DNA of 64,000 bases, from the NCBI GenBank assembly GCA_001949185.1, contig BDGG01000004.1:3169267-3233266 (forward strand), written 5' to 3'. The translations under genes were made by a program, and so were the position numbers. How positions within the stretch are numbered: position 1 is the first letter of the stretch; the number at the start of each line of letters is the position of its first letter. Below, piece after piece: positions 1 to 15,260 of the stretch. Source of the stretch: Ramazzottius varieornatus (lineage: Eukaryota > Animalia > Tardigrada). The notes beneath the pieces are model-generated. The model was not told the DNA's origin. It made no database searches and saw nothing but the letters and a program-made list of their open reading frames with translations.

Positions 1-64
1 GTGGATTCGTAACGCATACAGTACTGAACTGGCATTTTTGGAGTGCACTGAATGTCAAGGAGTT

Positions 65-2871
65 TCATTTCTTGCGTCCTCCGCGTTCCTTTTGCTGAAG
101 ATAGACGACAGCGCCCGGCGTGATGGCGCACGAAGCGATGCTTTGCGTATCTTTCACGTATACTCCCTCAAACTGCACTTTCTGTTTTCCTACTGGCATT
201 CCCAGTTGATCTTGTATCTTAGTCTTGATATCTGTGACTGTGTCAGTTGGTAGTAGAGTCAAACTCAACATTTGTCCATTCAGCTTCCATTCAGACTTGT
301 CAGCCACATGAGGAACCTGAACCTTGAAGGTAATCGGTCCTTTGTACAGCTGTAAGAACTCTTCCTCAGCTGCGTTATCCTGCTTCTGCCTTTTTGCTGC
401 TGGTTCGTCTTCGTCTGAATTCAAAACACAAACACCCCCATAAAAATCAAAGCAAAACAGCGTTTAAAACAGGAAAAAGTTTACCTTCGTCGTCCGGTTC
501 AGGAAGAGGCGCAGAAATGACAGGTGGTGCCGACGTCTTTGGAAGTAACGGCTGTACAGATGGCAAGAAAGCGGGTGTTGGTGGCAGGAAGCTCATACCC
601 ATCCCAGGAGGTCGTAACATGGAGGTGGCAGTCGGTGGAGGAGCGAACGAGGGCAACTTTACTGGTGGAGGTGCAGGAACAGAGATGTTGGCTGGTAGGG
701 AAGGCGGAAGTAAAGGTGCAACAGGTGGTGGTAGTGGCACCGATACCGTTGTCTGAAAAACAAAATAAAACATCTGCGGCTTCAATTCTAAAACTATGGT
801 CTTTTCATTTCGACATTTTGTACAGGAAAAGACAAGAAAAAATACCTGTGGCCCAATTTTGTCCTTCTCGGGATCAGGTACCAAGCCTTGCGCTTTGGCC
901 ATCTCGAATTGGTGATTTCGCTGTTCTTCGGGTGTCACATTCTTCGCGGCTTGTCGCATTATCGAGTCAGTCGAACCTACAAAGCCATCCCAGACTACCT
1001 TCCGTTCCTGTTCCTTCGAGGCATCTCCAATTTTGCGACCGATGGAAGTCTCTTCGGCGCCGGAGCCGAAGATATCCGAACGACGTTCGGCTAGCTGCCG
1101 GAGTTGCTGACTGATATCCGATCCAGTAGCCAACGACTGTTCCTGATTCATCTTATCCATGATCTGCCTATCTCTTTGCTGAAGATGCTCTGGATCCAGC
1201 AGGCTATAGCGCAGATGCTCAGACAGCTTCGCAACTGGGACGTTCTCTCCGGTGATCGATGACTTGACCATTTCGTGAGTCTTCGGCGCCACATTAACTG
1301 TTCGAGCACGTGGATCGTACGGCCGGATGATGATATTCCCTGCAAAACAGCAAAGAAGATTGTGAAAAGGTTGATCTTACCTTCATCAATTGGAACTTAA
1401 GGCGGATGATTTGAGTCAGATCGTTTTCCCAAGCTGCGCACGCTGTCAGCTAGTAAAGATGGAAACGTGCGCGACTTCAGACAACGATATGGTTCAATTT
1501 AGCTGCCCACGTCCCGGTTACTATGAATCGAAGTAATGAAAGGGTTTTAAAGTTGGAACGGGAATAAACAGCAGGACTTACCTGGTATAACCGGAGCCAG
1601 GACTGGTGGTGGCATGGATGGCGGCGGTACCGGCATCGGTTGTGGACCTTCCTTTGGTTCTTCCCTCGGAGGACTCTGAGGTGCCATTTCTTCCTCCTCG
1701 ATCTCCATTTCCACCGTAATGTCATCTGCCTCGTGGGCTGGAACTGTAGTCTGTCTGCTCTGTTGTTGCTGCTGTTCCTGTAACATGCGTTCGTAGAGCA
1801 GACTTCGCGCACCCACTTCTTCAGGAGTGGTGGGCGCCGGGAACTCTCCTTCTTCCCACTGCTGGTAGTCGATGGTCTCGACAATCGTGAAGTCATGCCA
1901 GTCAATCTGTGCGTAGGCCACTCTTTCTTTCTCGTTCTCCTCATCTTCACGTTCCTTCTCACGTAGGTCTCGTCGATACCATTCTGCCCTGTATCGTACA
2001 TCTTCCAGCACCTTCCTCGGCCGGGCTGCTTCAGAGCGTAAGTCGGCAACAATGGATCGAGGTGGTAGCAGAATCTTCGTGTACTGCTCGACTAACTTAG
2101 TAAAGTAGTCAAAGAGACTGTGTTGGGGTTTAAGAAAGTCAAACTGAAAATTCTTCGACTCTTTGTCCATGAGTTCGGCCAAAAAGTCCCTGCCATTCTT
2201 CGCTACACACTGTGCTGTTAGTCGTACCACTTCCAGGTCGAAACTAGAGATCGTCGGTGCATCTGCGAAGAACTCGAACTCGGGTGGAGGATCTTTTAGA
2301 GTGATGACGTCCAACTGTCTTCGCAGTTTTTCTTGGACCGTGTTTGTTGGCGCAATGGGAGGAGGACTGCAAATCCCATACGAAAGTTAGGAAACTTGGG
2401 CTGGTGAGTTGCTGCAATATCAACGCACGCAATGGTAGTCGGTCACCCTCAGACACGCCAAGACTCACGGATGGCCGACGTGCCTCCTTTTGCCAACGAT
2501 GCCAGTGCGCACTAATCAACGATCAAAGCTTACCTGTATGGTCGAGCTTGCACTTGAGGCTCTTGTGCCTTTCCTTGCATGAATTCTTCCACCTTATGTT
2601 CATAGTACGCGTGGTATGGATCTCCGTGATTCAAGAAATTAAACTTTGGATTATTCGCTTCGTTCTGCCTGATTCGAGCTTCGAAATCCGTTCCATTACG
2701 TGCGACAAAACTGGCAGTTTTGTCGACGATGTTACGCAGTTCAGGAGGGGGATAGATGATGCCGATCGATGGTGTGTTGTAAACTTCTCCTTCGTTCTGA
2801 TCGTCTCGCACATCAGGCTTCAGGATGAACTCTTCCGGGATGTCATTAGGAACTCCGTCGACTGCAACCAT
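65..2871 (-). CDS. SF3A1: Splicing factor 3A subunit 1 (Prp21); 5 exons
   Basis: SURP1 (IIYPPPELRNIVDKTASFVARNG), SURP2 (VVRLTAQCVAKNG...FDFLKPQHSLF), YAQIDWHDF, Pro-rich region and C-terminal ubiquitin-like domain ending KERGGRKK. Exons approx 2871-2535, 2366-1582, 1339-846, 752-485, 414-65, with GT-AG boundaries. Confidence 0.97.
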
Positions 2872-3709
2872 GGCAGAATCTCGAAGTCCACGCTCTTTAT
2901 TGGACAGCAGACAAAATGTCTACCGGACTGGAAACAGGACGGTCGTTCCAAGCCTGGATACGTCTGGTGTGCCCACCGATCTTTAAGGCTTATAACCTAG
3001 AAGACCTAGATAGAAGACTGGTAGCTCTCGATCCTGTGCATCGAATAAAGAATCCGTAATTCCGTATCAACGAAATGGAGGAATCTCACTCAGATCACTG
3101 AGTTCAGACTTCAGAAGTCAGAAACGTAGAAGGCTCTAAAGCGAAAACAAATTGCTATCCCGAAGGTCAAACTAAAGATTACATTTACAGCCCCAAAATT
3201 TCAAGGGTAACCCCAAAGACAGGGCAGCGCTGAGGTGAAATTCTCAAGTTCAAGTTCAGCTTTGAAGTTTTTGTATCATAGGTTCCCGCCCTCAAAGTTT
3301 CCTCTTACCAAGTTTGCTCTTTCTGACCTAGGAAGTTCTTCTCTCCGGGCCACCGAAGCTGGATAGCATGTAGAGCAGTAGAATACACAAGCCGCGTTCC
3401 TCTCTGGCTGGGGGACTCTCCAGGCAAACAGGAGGTACAGGACCGACAGTCAGCTCTGCTTCGGGTGGACACTGGGTAAGTGCTGGATGGGGAACTGATG
3501 GTCAAGTTGCTGTTTGCCAACCTTCCAGTCCTTCTGGAAAATTCTATCTTTCCCAGTTGACTGCAAAGGTTTTAGGTTTCATTGACGGTAGTTCAATGGG
3601 AGTTTTCCGTCAGCAGAATGCGGCCCGTGGGTAGTCCGAGCGATTACGTTTGACTAATCAGTTTAGTTTTAGCCCGTAACTGAAATCCCCGCGAACTCGA
3701 AGCACCACG

Positions 3710-4140
3710 ATGGACCAACAGGACAAAAGGCAATGGGAGAAAACGTGGATCGGAACAAATCCTACCGAAGCTTGGAAACTTTCGTCTTCGAGACTGCTGG
3801 ACAACGAAGGGGAAATCAACAAGGCTACCACCAGACTTTCAGAAATTGAAGGTATGCGGAAATATGACTGCTTCCGGTTCTTATCGATACCGAAAAATTC
3901 TGCTCCAAACGAGTTTGATGCGTAGTTGTGTTTCAATTTCACAGACAAGATTGAGGAACTTCTGAAAAGTATCCTGGAAGCCGAGATGACTTCAGTTCCT
4001 GCCGACGAACTGCAAGCGAAACTGGACTTGGAAGTGAAAAACCTGCGAAAGCGTAAGTTAACACCAAATGTAATACGGGGTTAGTTTCTCTGTCGACTAT
4101 CGTTCTTCAAGTTAGCGAGATCAAATCCCGGAGCGAGTAG
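3710..4140 (+). CDS. Small putative coiled-coil protein of unknown function (about 90 aa, 3 exons)
   Basis: ATG at 3710. Donor GAAG|gtatgc near 3851 and acceptor acag| near 3944 join in frame (…RLSEIEDKIEELLKSILEAEM…LEVKNLRK). A strong donor gtaagt follows near 4053. The last exon and stop are uncertain. Confidence 0.45.
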
Positions 4141-7100
4141 GTGCTGGATTCGTCTCAGAAATGACAGATGGTGGCAAAGAGGTGGAGAGACAAAGCGATC
4201 GATAGGGTAGTTTGTTTGGATTGCCTTGCTCAGATAGGAGGTTGAGAGACTTCCGCTATCCGGCCGCTTGATTGTTCCGAATCGCGACGATGCCGGATCG
4301 CATACCCAATAGTTTTCCGTTGTATGTCTGCAGGAAAAGAGAGCGGTAAGGTGAAATTCGATAAGACGCCATTTCGATCTGCCTGACAAAATCTCTGGAT
4401 CGAATGTCACTGCTCAAGGTTATTTATCCAAGGCTTCCACGGAAAGAATCTCGATCTACTCTTCTCCATCAGCCGACGGTTTCTTTCCTCTTCCCTGCCT
4501 TTTCTCTTTATTGTTGTGGCAGATCTGTGTTAATTAACATGGCTCCTTCCCCGTTCACTAATTAATGATGGCCAAGCATTTCCTTACTCTTCATTGCTTG
4601 ATCGTCTGCGGTTCCGTCCGTTTCTCTTAATTGCATAGTCAGGCGAGATGACGAGGACGATAGCAGCCCGTGAAAGACTAATGACGGATACTGTGTAAAC
4701 AAACCCCGCCACATGTTTTCCCTCTGGCATCTGTTTTCTGTCAATTATTTGTTACAACCCAGACTTCCAAAAAACCTATAAACTCTCATAAATTTTCAGA
4801 AAATCAGAATTACAGTACTCCTTCCTGGCTCGATTGAATAAGAATGGCATGAGGAGCTTTCTAGGTGCGAAAGAGTATGCAGTGAGGAGTTTTTCGGATA
4901 CCTGTGGAACCTGGGCAAGATGAACTTATCCATGCAGCTGAGTTCGATTTTTATTTCATCAGCAAGCGAAAAGACGAGTTTTTAGTGCGAGTTGTGAAAA
5001 GTAGGTCCTTCGGGATACTGTGACTTAACTGCACATCTGTGATGGTCTTTCGAAAGGTTCTTCGGGATCGAGGCGACTCGTGAAAATTTGGAAGCGAAGA
5101 ACTTTGCTAAATAAACGGAAGGAACGACACACATGGCGCTTTATGGGCAACCGCCCACATTTTAGTTTACATGAGCGCTTCTGGGCTGCGACTCAATCTG
5201 AAATGTTGCATTTTGTGTATTTAGGAAGTCGGAGAGAGAAGCGGCCGTGAATATTTACTCGCTAAATGGCTCCTAAAAATATTGTCGTTATGAGCTACTG
5301 TATGGATCATAAGCGTCCATATTGACGACGCTTGCGTCGGTAAAAGTCGGATGACCGCAGGGCACATTCGCTACAAGTCCACATAAACATGACTGCTAGC
5401 TTCACGGCGACCACATAACTTTTGAAAGCGGCATCGACGTGGTAGAAGATGAGCAAATGGACGGTGAAACGGTCATGCTTAATTAGAGTGTGTAAACAGC
5501 TTCCGGTTATATCATGATCATGGAGCCGCGCTTGATTCTTTCACGCTAATGGCTCTTAATTACACGCGCGAGCCTAACCGGAAAAGTATGCGACCTGATG
5601 TCCAAGAAGGAAGATTCGGCTTTACGGCAGATCACTTTTCAACGGAACAGAAAACTGCCTCTATCCAAATGATCTCTACTTCATTCAGACGTAAACCGAT
5701 TACCGGAGAACCCGGAAGTAAAATGGTGTATTTAATTTTTCTGCGTGTTGGACGATAGTAAACTTGATCTTGGGCTACATTCTATCACAAAATTCATAAT
5801 TCACATTGGCCAAACGAAACTAGACTAAAAATTGTTTTCGAAACTGGAAACAGACGGTCTGCGATGAATCTCGCGGTTGCGACGTAGTGCGGAAGATGGT
5901 GTACTGTACGTAAAGACGTAAAGGTAGCTTTTCATGCTCTAGTTGTAAAACTACTGGTGTAGGAGGGGATGGAGAAAAAACCATCGATGTCATGTTTATG
6001 GTCTGGTTCGAAGCGGAACAATCAGTCTAAAAGTATAGGTGCACATAAAGGATCCGTATAGAGATGCAGTGCTCGTTACCGCGAGAAGCGCGGTGCTGCC
6101 TCGATGGTCGTGTGTGGTTCAACTTGACGGGTTCTGCGTCAAATGTGCCGCGCTTAATTTGAACTTCCGCTCGTAACGTAATACATCCATTCTCGGGCAT
6201 AATCTGCCTCTTCCGAAACTTACCGCTTGACCCGTCTTTCCATCTGATGAGAGCATCCAATATCATTTTGATTAAATATTTATTTTACTTTTTACCAGAC
6301 CTTTCAGAGGCCGAGCATGTCGAAAAACCAAAACGAGGACATTTTCGGTCCGCTGGTTTCAAATGATAAGTAATATTAAACGAATACTACTCCGACGGAA
6401 GAGATCGAATGTACAATAGTATTTATTACACAACGAAACTTTGAAATTTGGGGCGTTGGCAAACTCACCCAGATCGTTGTATCAAGAGGCGCACGTTTAC
6501 GGTGTTTTTGGCTAAACCTTTGCGGCAGCTGGGACAATGATATCAATGGATTTATTTGGATCTTATTTATGTCCCACTTGGATTCTTTAATCTGAAACGA
6601 AATTAATATTATGAATATTCTTGAGTTTTTTCGTATAACATGATGTGGTACTCGTACTGCTTTCAATATTTTAGCCACGGTTCCGATGTTTTTGCAAGGG
6701 ATATGCGAGGCACGCGGGAAATACGAGGACTGCGTATCCGGGCAGCGATGTCGGAGCGAGAAGAGGGCATGTCTTCTTGGTCCGAAAGAGAGCGCGACGA
6801 TTTGATGGAAGTATGAGGCGCTGGTTGTAACACCAATGCGCGATGAAGGGCGCATCTCGGTTTCGGCCTGTCCGCGCTGCCGAAGCTCTTCTGTAACATA
6901 GGCGCCCTCTCATTTGCTCTTGCGTTGGCTGGTCCGGATCCGGGGCGAGCTGCTTGATATAACAGCTATCTCGGCGATTTAGAGCGAGCGAGATCAGCGA
7001 GGGCTATATGTGGTGGTGGCAGGAGATGTGAACGAGACCGAGAAGAGATGATCGAATCGTACTCTACCACTGACAAAAAACGGTATGAACAGCAGATAAC

Positions 7101-7433
7101 GCCAACCGGCAACCAACTGTTGCTTATAACTGGGACTTGTCTTCTTCTCTCACTTCGCCTGTCCGATCGACCAGTACAGACGGAGTACTAAACGGACCCA
7201 TCCATCCATCCGAAGTCACTTCGTCACTTCGCGATTAGATAACAACGGGACCAGGCGCCTAAATAATCCCTCTGTGCCATTTCCCAGTTCCATTAGACGC
7301 TTTTCCATTTCCTTCCAGTTCTTGATCGCAGCCGGACTCGCTCACATTTTCCATACGGACTATTACTTCCTCGTCGTTTCGTTTGTCGAGCCTTATAACG
7401 GCTAGTTCGGGTTTTCCGCCGTCCATCGCTAGC

Positions 7434-10400
7434 ATGCTGCACAGCATGGGTATTCCGGCTCGGTACTCGGTCCTTCCGCCCATGGGGGTCCAGAACGCGG
7501 GCACCCGGAACCCCATGTCGTTGCTGCCGCCACCAACCATGGGTTCCTTCGGACCACCATCGTCCTTGCAGATGTACCTTCACAATCTGGCCCAAAGGGA
7601 GAGCATGATCCGCAACGCCTTCGCCGATTACCTGAAGCCGGTGTGCTCGCAGGAAGGAGAGATCATGTTAGACGTCGAATGTGGAGAGAACCGCGGGCTG
7701 CTGTACCTGTCCAGATTTTGCCAAGGAAGCAAAGGACCTTGTATCCGCTTTGAAGATATGTGGCTGACTCCCAACGAGTTTCAGTACATCAGCGGTAGGG
7801 AATCGGCCAAAGACTGGAAACGCTCGATAAGGCACCAAGGAAAAAGTCTCAAGTTGCTCCTGGCCAAAGGAATTCTCACAGTCCATCCGTCATCGTGCAG
7901 TTGCACCGGCTGCAGAATCAGCTCACCTGTGGTAAGCTATCTGTTTTGAAAATTGGAATGGAAAGAGGCCCCTACTGAATGACGGTCACAAAATGATATT
8001 TCAATTTTTTCTGTTATGAATATTGTGTAAACACTGGTTTGTCAAAGGTCACCAACGCATCAAAAAATTCTTGACGCCTTGATCCATCACGTGCGTCTGA
8101 AGACGGAGAAGCTACTTTTCACGAGCAAAATTACTTTGATATTAATATCTTGTTGTTTCAGAAAAGAAATAAACCCAGTTAAGAATAGTTTGGCGAAAAA
8201 CAAACTGTTAAAGAGTATTGTATCTTGGTTCACTGCTTTGTCCGAAATAACGCTTTGCACAGTATACTTTAATTGTGGAGGGTGTCGCAAGGCTTGGTTT
8301 GAAGTTTGCACAATATTGCCGAAGAGTCAGTGTAAACAGGATGGTCTTAATTAATGGCTGTCGGCTGGTGACTCGTTAGTTCGTCCTTTATGAAGATTGG
8401 AGAACGGTTGGGTGGCGCACTTCAAGATGATATTGACACCTGCTTCAAACAGCCGACAGCGGCGAACGCTTGGCGAATTAGAAGCCTGTAAAACTTATTT
8501 ACTACTACATTTACTTCTTTCAACAATTGGTCAACAGGTACGGTGACAATTATCGGCCATAAAGCACGGCCCATAAAAGAGCCAATTCGGCACGCGATAA
8601 ATGCGTCCGAAAAACAGCGTAATATAAACAACAAGCTTTGTGCTGTAAAATCCGTAGGCTGAACCTCCAATCAACCAAGAAAGCCGATAAAATTTTACCG
8701 GTTTCAACTTAAGCTACTGGTGATATTTCTTTGATAGAGTCTGAATTTTGCGACTACAAGAATCGAGATATTATAGTAGAAGAGTAACTCCAGGGATGAA
8801 AACATGTCTACGACGAAAAATATTGCTCGGGATGCTCAGGAAAGTACAAGAAGTTCGAGAAGTAGAACATTCTTCTGTGGTTCTCGAAAACTGATTATGG
8901 CGCATCGTTTACTTGAAACTTTAGACCGGAGGCTTTCCAGCCCAGTTGTGAGCCATCTGGCCGAACTTTAAACAGATAGGAACCACGTTCTTGTTTTGGC
9001 GAGCCAGTTAAGCAGGACATTACCAAACGGTCGGTTGGATCAACTCGGTGATGTTTATGTCGCCATAGTACGAGCTATCTCACATTCACGTCTCGATCTG
9101 TTTTTTTCTTTTCGTCGGAATGAAATAAAGCGAAGGGGGTTGTGTTGATGCCGATGAGTAAAGCGTTTGCGCCTTTTGTTTTGACCGACGGTGTGTGACA
9201 AAATGTGCACCCTGGGTTCGATAAAAAGCTCGCTACATTCCGATATGTATCGTTCACGATCGTCTATTTTCGAAGAGCAGGAAGCACGCCTGAATAGATT
9301 TTCGTATAAAAATGCACGGCGACCGATTGGCGCCAAGCGTGTACCTGATGATGTTAACGATGTTGACCTTTGACGACCAGTTTAATCTATTTGTCGCCTG
9401 CACGGTAAACCAGACTCAAAATTAGCATCGCTGTTCAAAAGATGGGGCAAATTTTTTTGATGATGTTTCTTTTGCAGAACCGCGGAAAGTTGTCAGGATT
9501 CGCTCCACGATTCGACGAAGGGGGTCCAGATTACACCGACGCACCTGATGATCGGCGAGTGAACCCCGCTAACCTCCAAGATCAGTTTGCGAGGAAATTT
9601 GCCGAACATGATCGAAGTCCCAGGTGAGTTCTTGCAGCATATTCGTTGAGCTGTATACTCTGTTCAGTCAAGCGAATCTTGCTAAATTTGTCGTGGAGCT
9701 ATCGTGGAACTACCAATACACTAACAGCTCTTTGTCATTGTAGCAATCCACCTGGATCGGAGGAAGCTCGCCGGTCTCCCGCTTCTCCCGAACAGAAACT
9801 GAAGAAGCAAGCTTTGTCCGTAAACCATGGTAGGTGACCCACAGGTGTTTCAGTTGTAGTTAGAGGTTTTTCGACAGTTGAGAACGAACCTAAGGACGAT
9901 GCTCATCGTTTTGCGTCTTCAGACGGACAGAACATTTTCATGACCACGAAGAACGTTCCGACCGGAAATGGAACAGATTGGTTTTTCGACAAACCGCTCA
10001 TACAGCATCTTCCTGGTCTGAAAGAACGCTCTCCGGCCTCGGTACACGACACACATACCGAGCCGCTGTCGTTCTTGAGGAACCTAGCACGAGACAGCAT
10101 GGCAGTGAAGTCTGACGGGATCGCACAAAAGCCGAGCTTCCCCTTCTACAAGCCAGTTCCGCAAATGCACCCAGGAATAATCAAGTAAGCTTCGGCGCAA
10201 CCGAGTTCCGAAAACCTTTTCAAACTTCCAAGCCTCTCAGTAAAACGGCTTGGCTTTCTATGACATATAGCAACATGGTTCTTTGTTCCTCGTAGCACGG
10301 GGAATTTGGACTTCAACGATGTGATACGGATGAACTCAATCCTTCAAAACTCAAAGTCGCTGTTCAGCAACCCCAGCGTCTCGCAAGCCTCGGCGTTTTA

Positions 10401-10980
10401 CCATCTTCCTCCGTTTTCATCCGTATCGATACCAGCTCCATCAGGTTCGTGCCGCTGAAATTAACTTGAGCTCTTCTGTCATTTGAATCCATTTTGAATT
10501 CCGAGTTTCGTCGTTGCAGGTACATCTGATTCCTCGGACACACCGGTCCTCGGAACGTCGCCTAAGCAGGTCTACAGCGGTTCGCCGGCAACAGTGCCAC
10601 CAAAGATCAAGGACCCAGACACTCCCCTGGACTTGTCGGGTGGGCTTAGCGAACGGAACGAAGAGGTTTTGCGAAGTCGTAAGCCGAAGAACCCGCCGCC
10701 CGTCCGGATTACCGAAGGTGTGTTCGGAAAGCGACGCCGTCTGGAGGACGATGCCTACGGGACGCCATCAGCGAGCGTCAACACGGAAGTAACCTCCTTT
10801 CGCCCAAAAAAACTAAGGCATCTGTATCACAAGGAAGCATATTCGCCATTGCAGAGCGTCAGTAACTCACCACTGAATATCCAAAGTCCTGAAAGTAATG
10901 TGGAAGTACAAGGAAGACGCAATGAGGACGCGGAGTCGCGTACATCCGATGAATTGCTCGAACGACCGCGATCGATTTGA
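7434..10980 (+). CDS. SAND-domain transcriptional regulator, SAMD11/Samuel-type SAND, with PLDLS CtBP-binding motif; 6 exons
   Basis: SAND core LDVECGENRGLLY…WLTPNEFQYISGRESAKDWKRSIRHQGK…CSCTGCRISSPV|NRG. Exons 7434-7931, 9478-9623, 9744-9829, 9878-10184, 10296-10444 and 10520-10980 splice in phase. PLDLS at 10624-10638. Confidence 0.85.
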
Positions 10981-11400
10981 ATCAGGAGACCTGCAGATTA
11001 TCTACACGTACTGATTTTCATGAATCGAGGCATTTATTGATGCTCACCGAATTTTACTTTTATCGGAGATTAACATGACTAAACAATGCTGTATTCTCGA
11101 AAATTTTGCTACAAGTTGATCAACGATTATCACACAGCAGAGCTAGTACATCCTTTTTCCAATTATCAGTACACTCTTTTGTTACATTATTCCAGTATCC
11201 CACTGTCCCATTGACACAATAAAAAAGTACTGTACCATCAAAGGTATCATATCTAAGCTAAGTATCACCGAAGAGAGTTGCAATGAATAGAAAGGGGAAA
11301 GTGACGATGCACAACTGATCAGCTGCGCATAAGGACGACTCGAAAAAAACCTAGAACTGTTCTTCACAAATAAGCATTTTTTTCCGGAAGTTCCGAATGG

Positions 11401-12599
11401 TTACTCCGCTTTTAGTCGAGCGAGCTGCGCTTCTATCTCCGCCGCTTCCTCGTCCTCCTGGACGCGCTGTTTCTGCTTACTCTGCGCAGCGTCCCCAATC
11501 TTCGCTCTGGAGGGAGCAGGGGCTTTGGACATCTACGAAGAGACCGATTTTGAATTTCATGTCAACAAAGCACTGTGTCAAACAATCCACAGTGAAACAT
11601 ATTCAAGATACCGCACATACCTGTCCGCCAACTTCAATTCCAATCTCGTCCAGGATACGACTAACGATCACGTTTTCTTCGCTTTCATCACCGGATTCCG
11701 TAAGGATGTCGTCTAAGGTTTCATTAACTGAAAGACGAGAAAGACATGAACATCAAGAGAGATTCTGAGAGAACCCCTGACTCGCAGGAGAAACTTACTC
11801 ATTTCTTCTGACATATCCATCTTGGCAGATTCCTTGGAGAACTCCTGCATGATTTGTCCAACTTGCTGAGGACTCAGATGCTCATTCATGTTGTGCATGG
11901 CCTGTGTCGTCGACGCCATTGCCTCGCTCATCTTCACGTTCGATGTCATTGTCTGCAGCAATATAAGAAACGTAATTTAGCTACTGGAATACAAATTAAC
12001 AAAATCCTTCTAGTAACTACAGAAAAGTTTGCCTACCTTTCCCTGCATTCTGATGCCGGTGATGTGAGAATTTGCCTGCATACTCCTGGTTTTCTGTTTC
12101 CGTAGCGCAAGCAGCTGCTTGACAAGAATCTTTACACCCTCCTAACAACAGAAAGAATAACTCATACCGTCGCTTCCGGAATACAACTGCAATGTTCATA
12201 CACAGAACACATTTTATTAATACTTACAGGATTCTTTCCGTCCTTTGCCATCTTTTTGATATCAAGCTCCTACGAGGAAACGTTTCGTCTATTGTACTCG
12301 TACTCGCATTTGCAGTTCGACAAATGAAAAACACAACAGAAACTGAAGATTTTTAACGTACCAACTGTTTCTCTCGTCGCTCGAGCTCGCGTCGATCTCG
12401 ATCAAGGTCCCGCTGCGTATGCCTTAGACTCTTGTCCTGAATTTTAATCTCTTCTGTGAATACACATAAAGTTCAAACCACGGAGTATCCCGTAACCAGA
12501 TGACATCATTCGTCATAATTACGATCTATATGGATAAATAACTGCCTTACCTTTGACATCGGGCTTCTTCTTGCTGCTGAAGAGACTGGAGAAAGACAT
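11401..12599 (-). CDS. CHMP2B: ESCRT-III subunit CHMP2B (Snf7 family)
   Basis: Spliced product MSFSSLFSSKKKPDVK…QRDLDRDRRELERREKQL…QEFSKESAKMDMSEEM…IVSRILDEIGIEV…EIEAQLARLKAE*, with a C-terminal MIM1-like helix. Confidence 0.93.
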
Positions 12600-13396
12600 C
12601 GCTGACTTGCTCTACAGCGGACCACAAGCCGTGCCCCACAGATGCACTATGCTAAATGACCCGAAGGTTTTCCGGTGATGAAGATGGGGCGCCTTATGAA
12701 ATCAAACTATTACAGGGAAATTCCGTCCACTTCCAGCCCAAGCTGCCCAGCCTTTCAAAATAAGATCGGCCGCGGACAGTTAGCAAGACAAACTCAGCTC
12801 CCCGAGTCTCTCAGGATGATCCTGCTTCCGTGCTCGATAAAAACAAGAGATGGATCACGTAAAAAGCTGAATATGTCGTTCAGAACTCACAACTTCAAAT
12901 AGAAAAGAAGCACCTTCTTCAACTCGCGCAAAAATTTCAAAATAAAACGCCATTGTGCTGAATGACTCATACACACCTTCCAGTGTGAATCAAACTACCT
13001 TCCTATGAGTCAAGATAGGCGGAGACGATATGATTCAACGAATTAAAACCTACATTAACCATCACTGGTCCTCATAAATGGCGTAAGCAAATCAAAAAGC
13101 CTGTCTAACTTAAAATATTCTGCGTTAACGTTTACGCAGAAGTCTACCCCTACTTCTCAGACATATACTCTGACTGACCATATACCGATCTAATGACGTA
13201 TAAGCTCAGCATGAGTTTCCCTGTTGATTGCTGACTGAGAGTTCCAGATTCCAAAAGCCTGATGTTACCGGCCTTCGATTAATTAATTTTCCGATTTTAT
13301 TCATTCCGTAGGCTGACAAAATTCATCTCCGTCTTCTTGCAGGAACCAGCACGAAGAACTTTTGTGTGTTCCAGATCATCTGTGTGATTCTTGAAG

Positions 13397-14995
<1,599 letters not shown>

Positions 14996-15260
14996 ATGAT
15001 TCACCTTGGTGTTTTATAAGATCGTTTTTCGTGGTAAAATAAATTCTGAAATTCGCAAAGAGATCGTGGGTTGTCTTCTTTGTTTCCTCATCGGTAATAT
15101 TACAGATACAGTATTCGACCGAAAACAGTTCACTGGTTCAGTCACAGGATAACAAAGTCAGAGCTAGGTCCGATAAAATGATCAAACCAAAAGTTAGTCC
15201 AACTCAACAATACAAATCGACACTTCGTTTGCTAAGGAAAGTGTTATGAGAGCAGGCTGT

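Noticed and set aside
1381-1449. Possible 69-nt stop-containing cassette exon in SF3A1 intron 2 (tag|…AAG|gtaaga)
   Set aside because: The downstream intron would be only about 41 nt, shorter than the introns I resolved here; no other support.
2344-3000. Long plus-strand ORFs opposite SF3A1 (similar shadow ORFs occur opposite PAN2, WASHC4 and TRA2)
   Set aside because: Antisense shadows of real coding exons.
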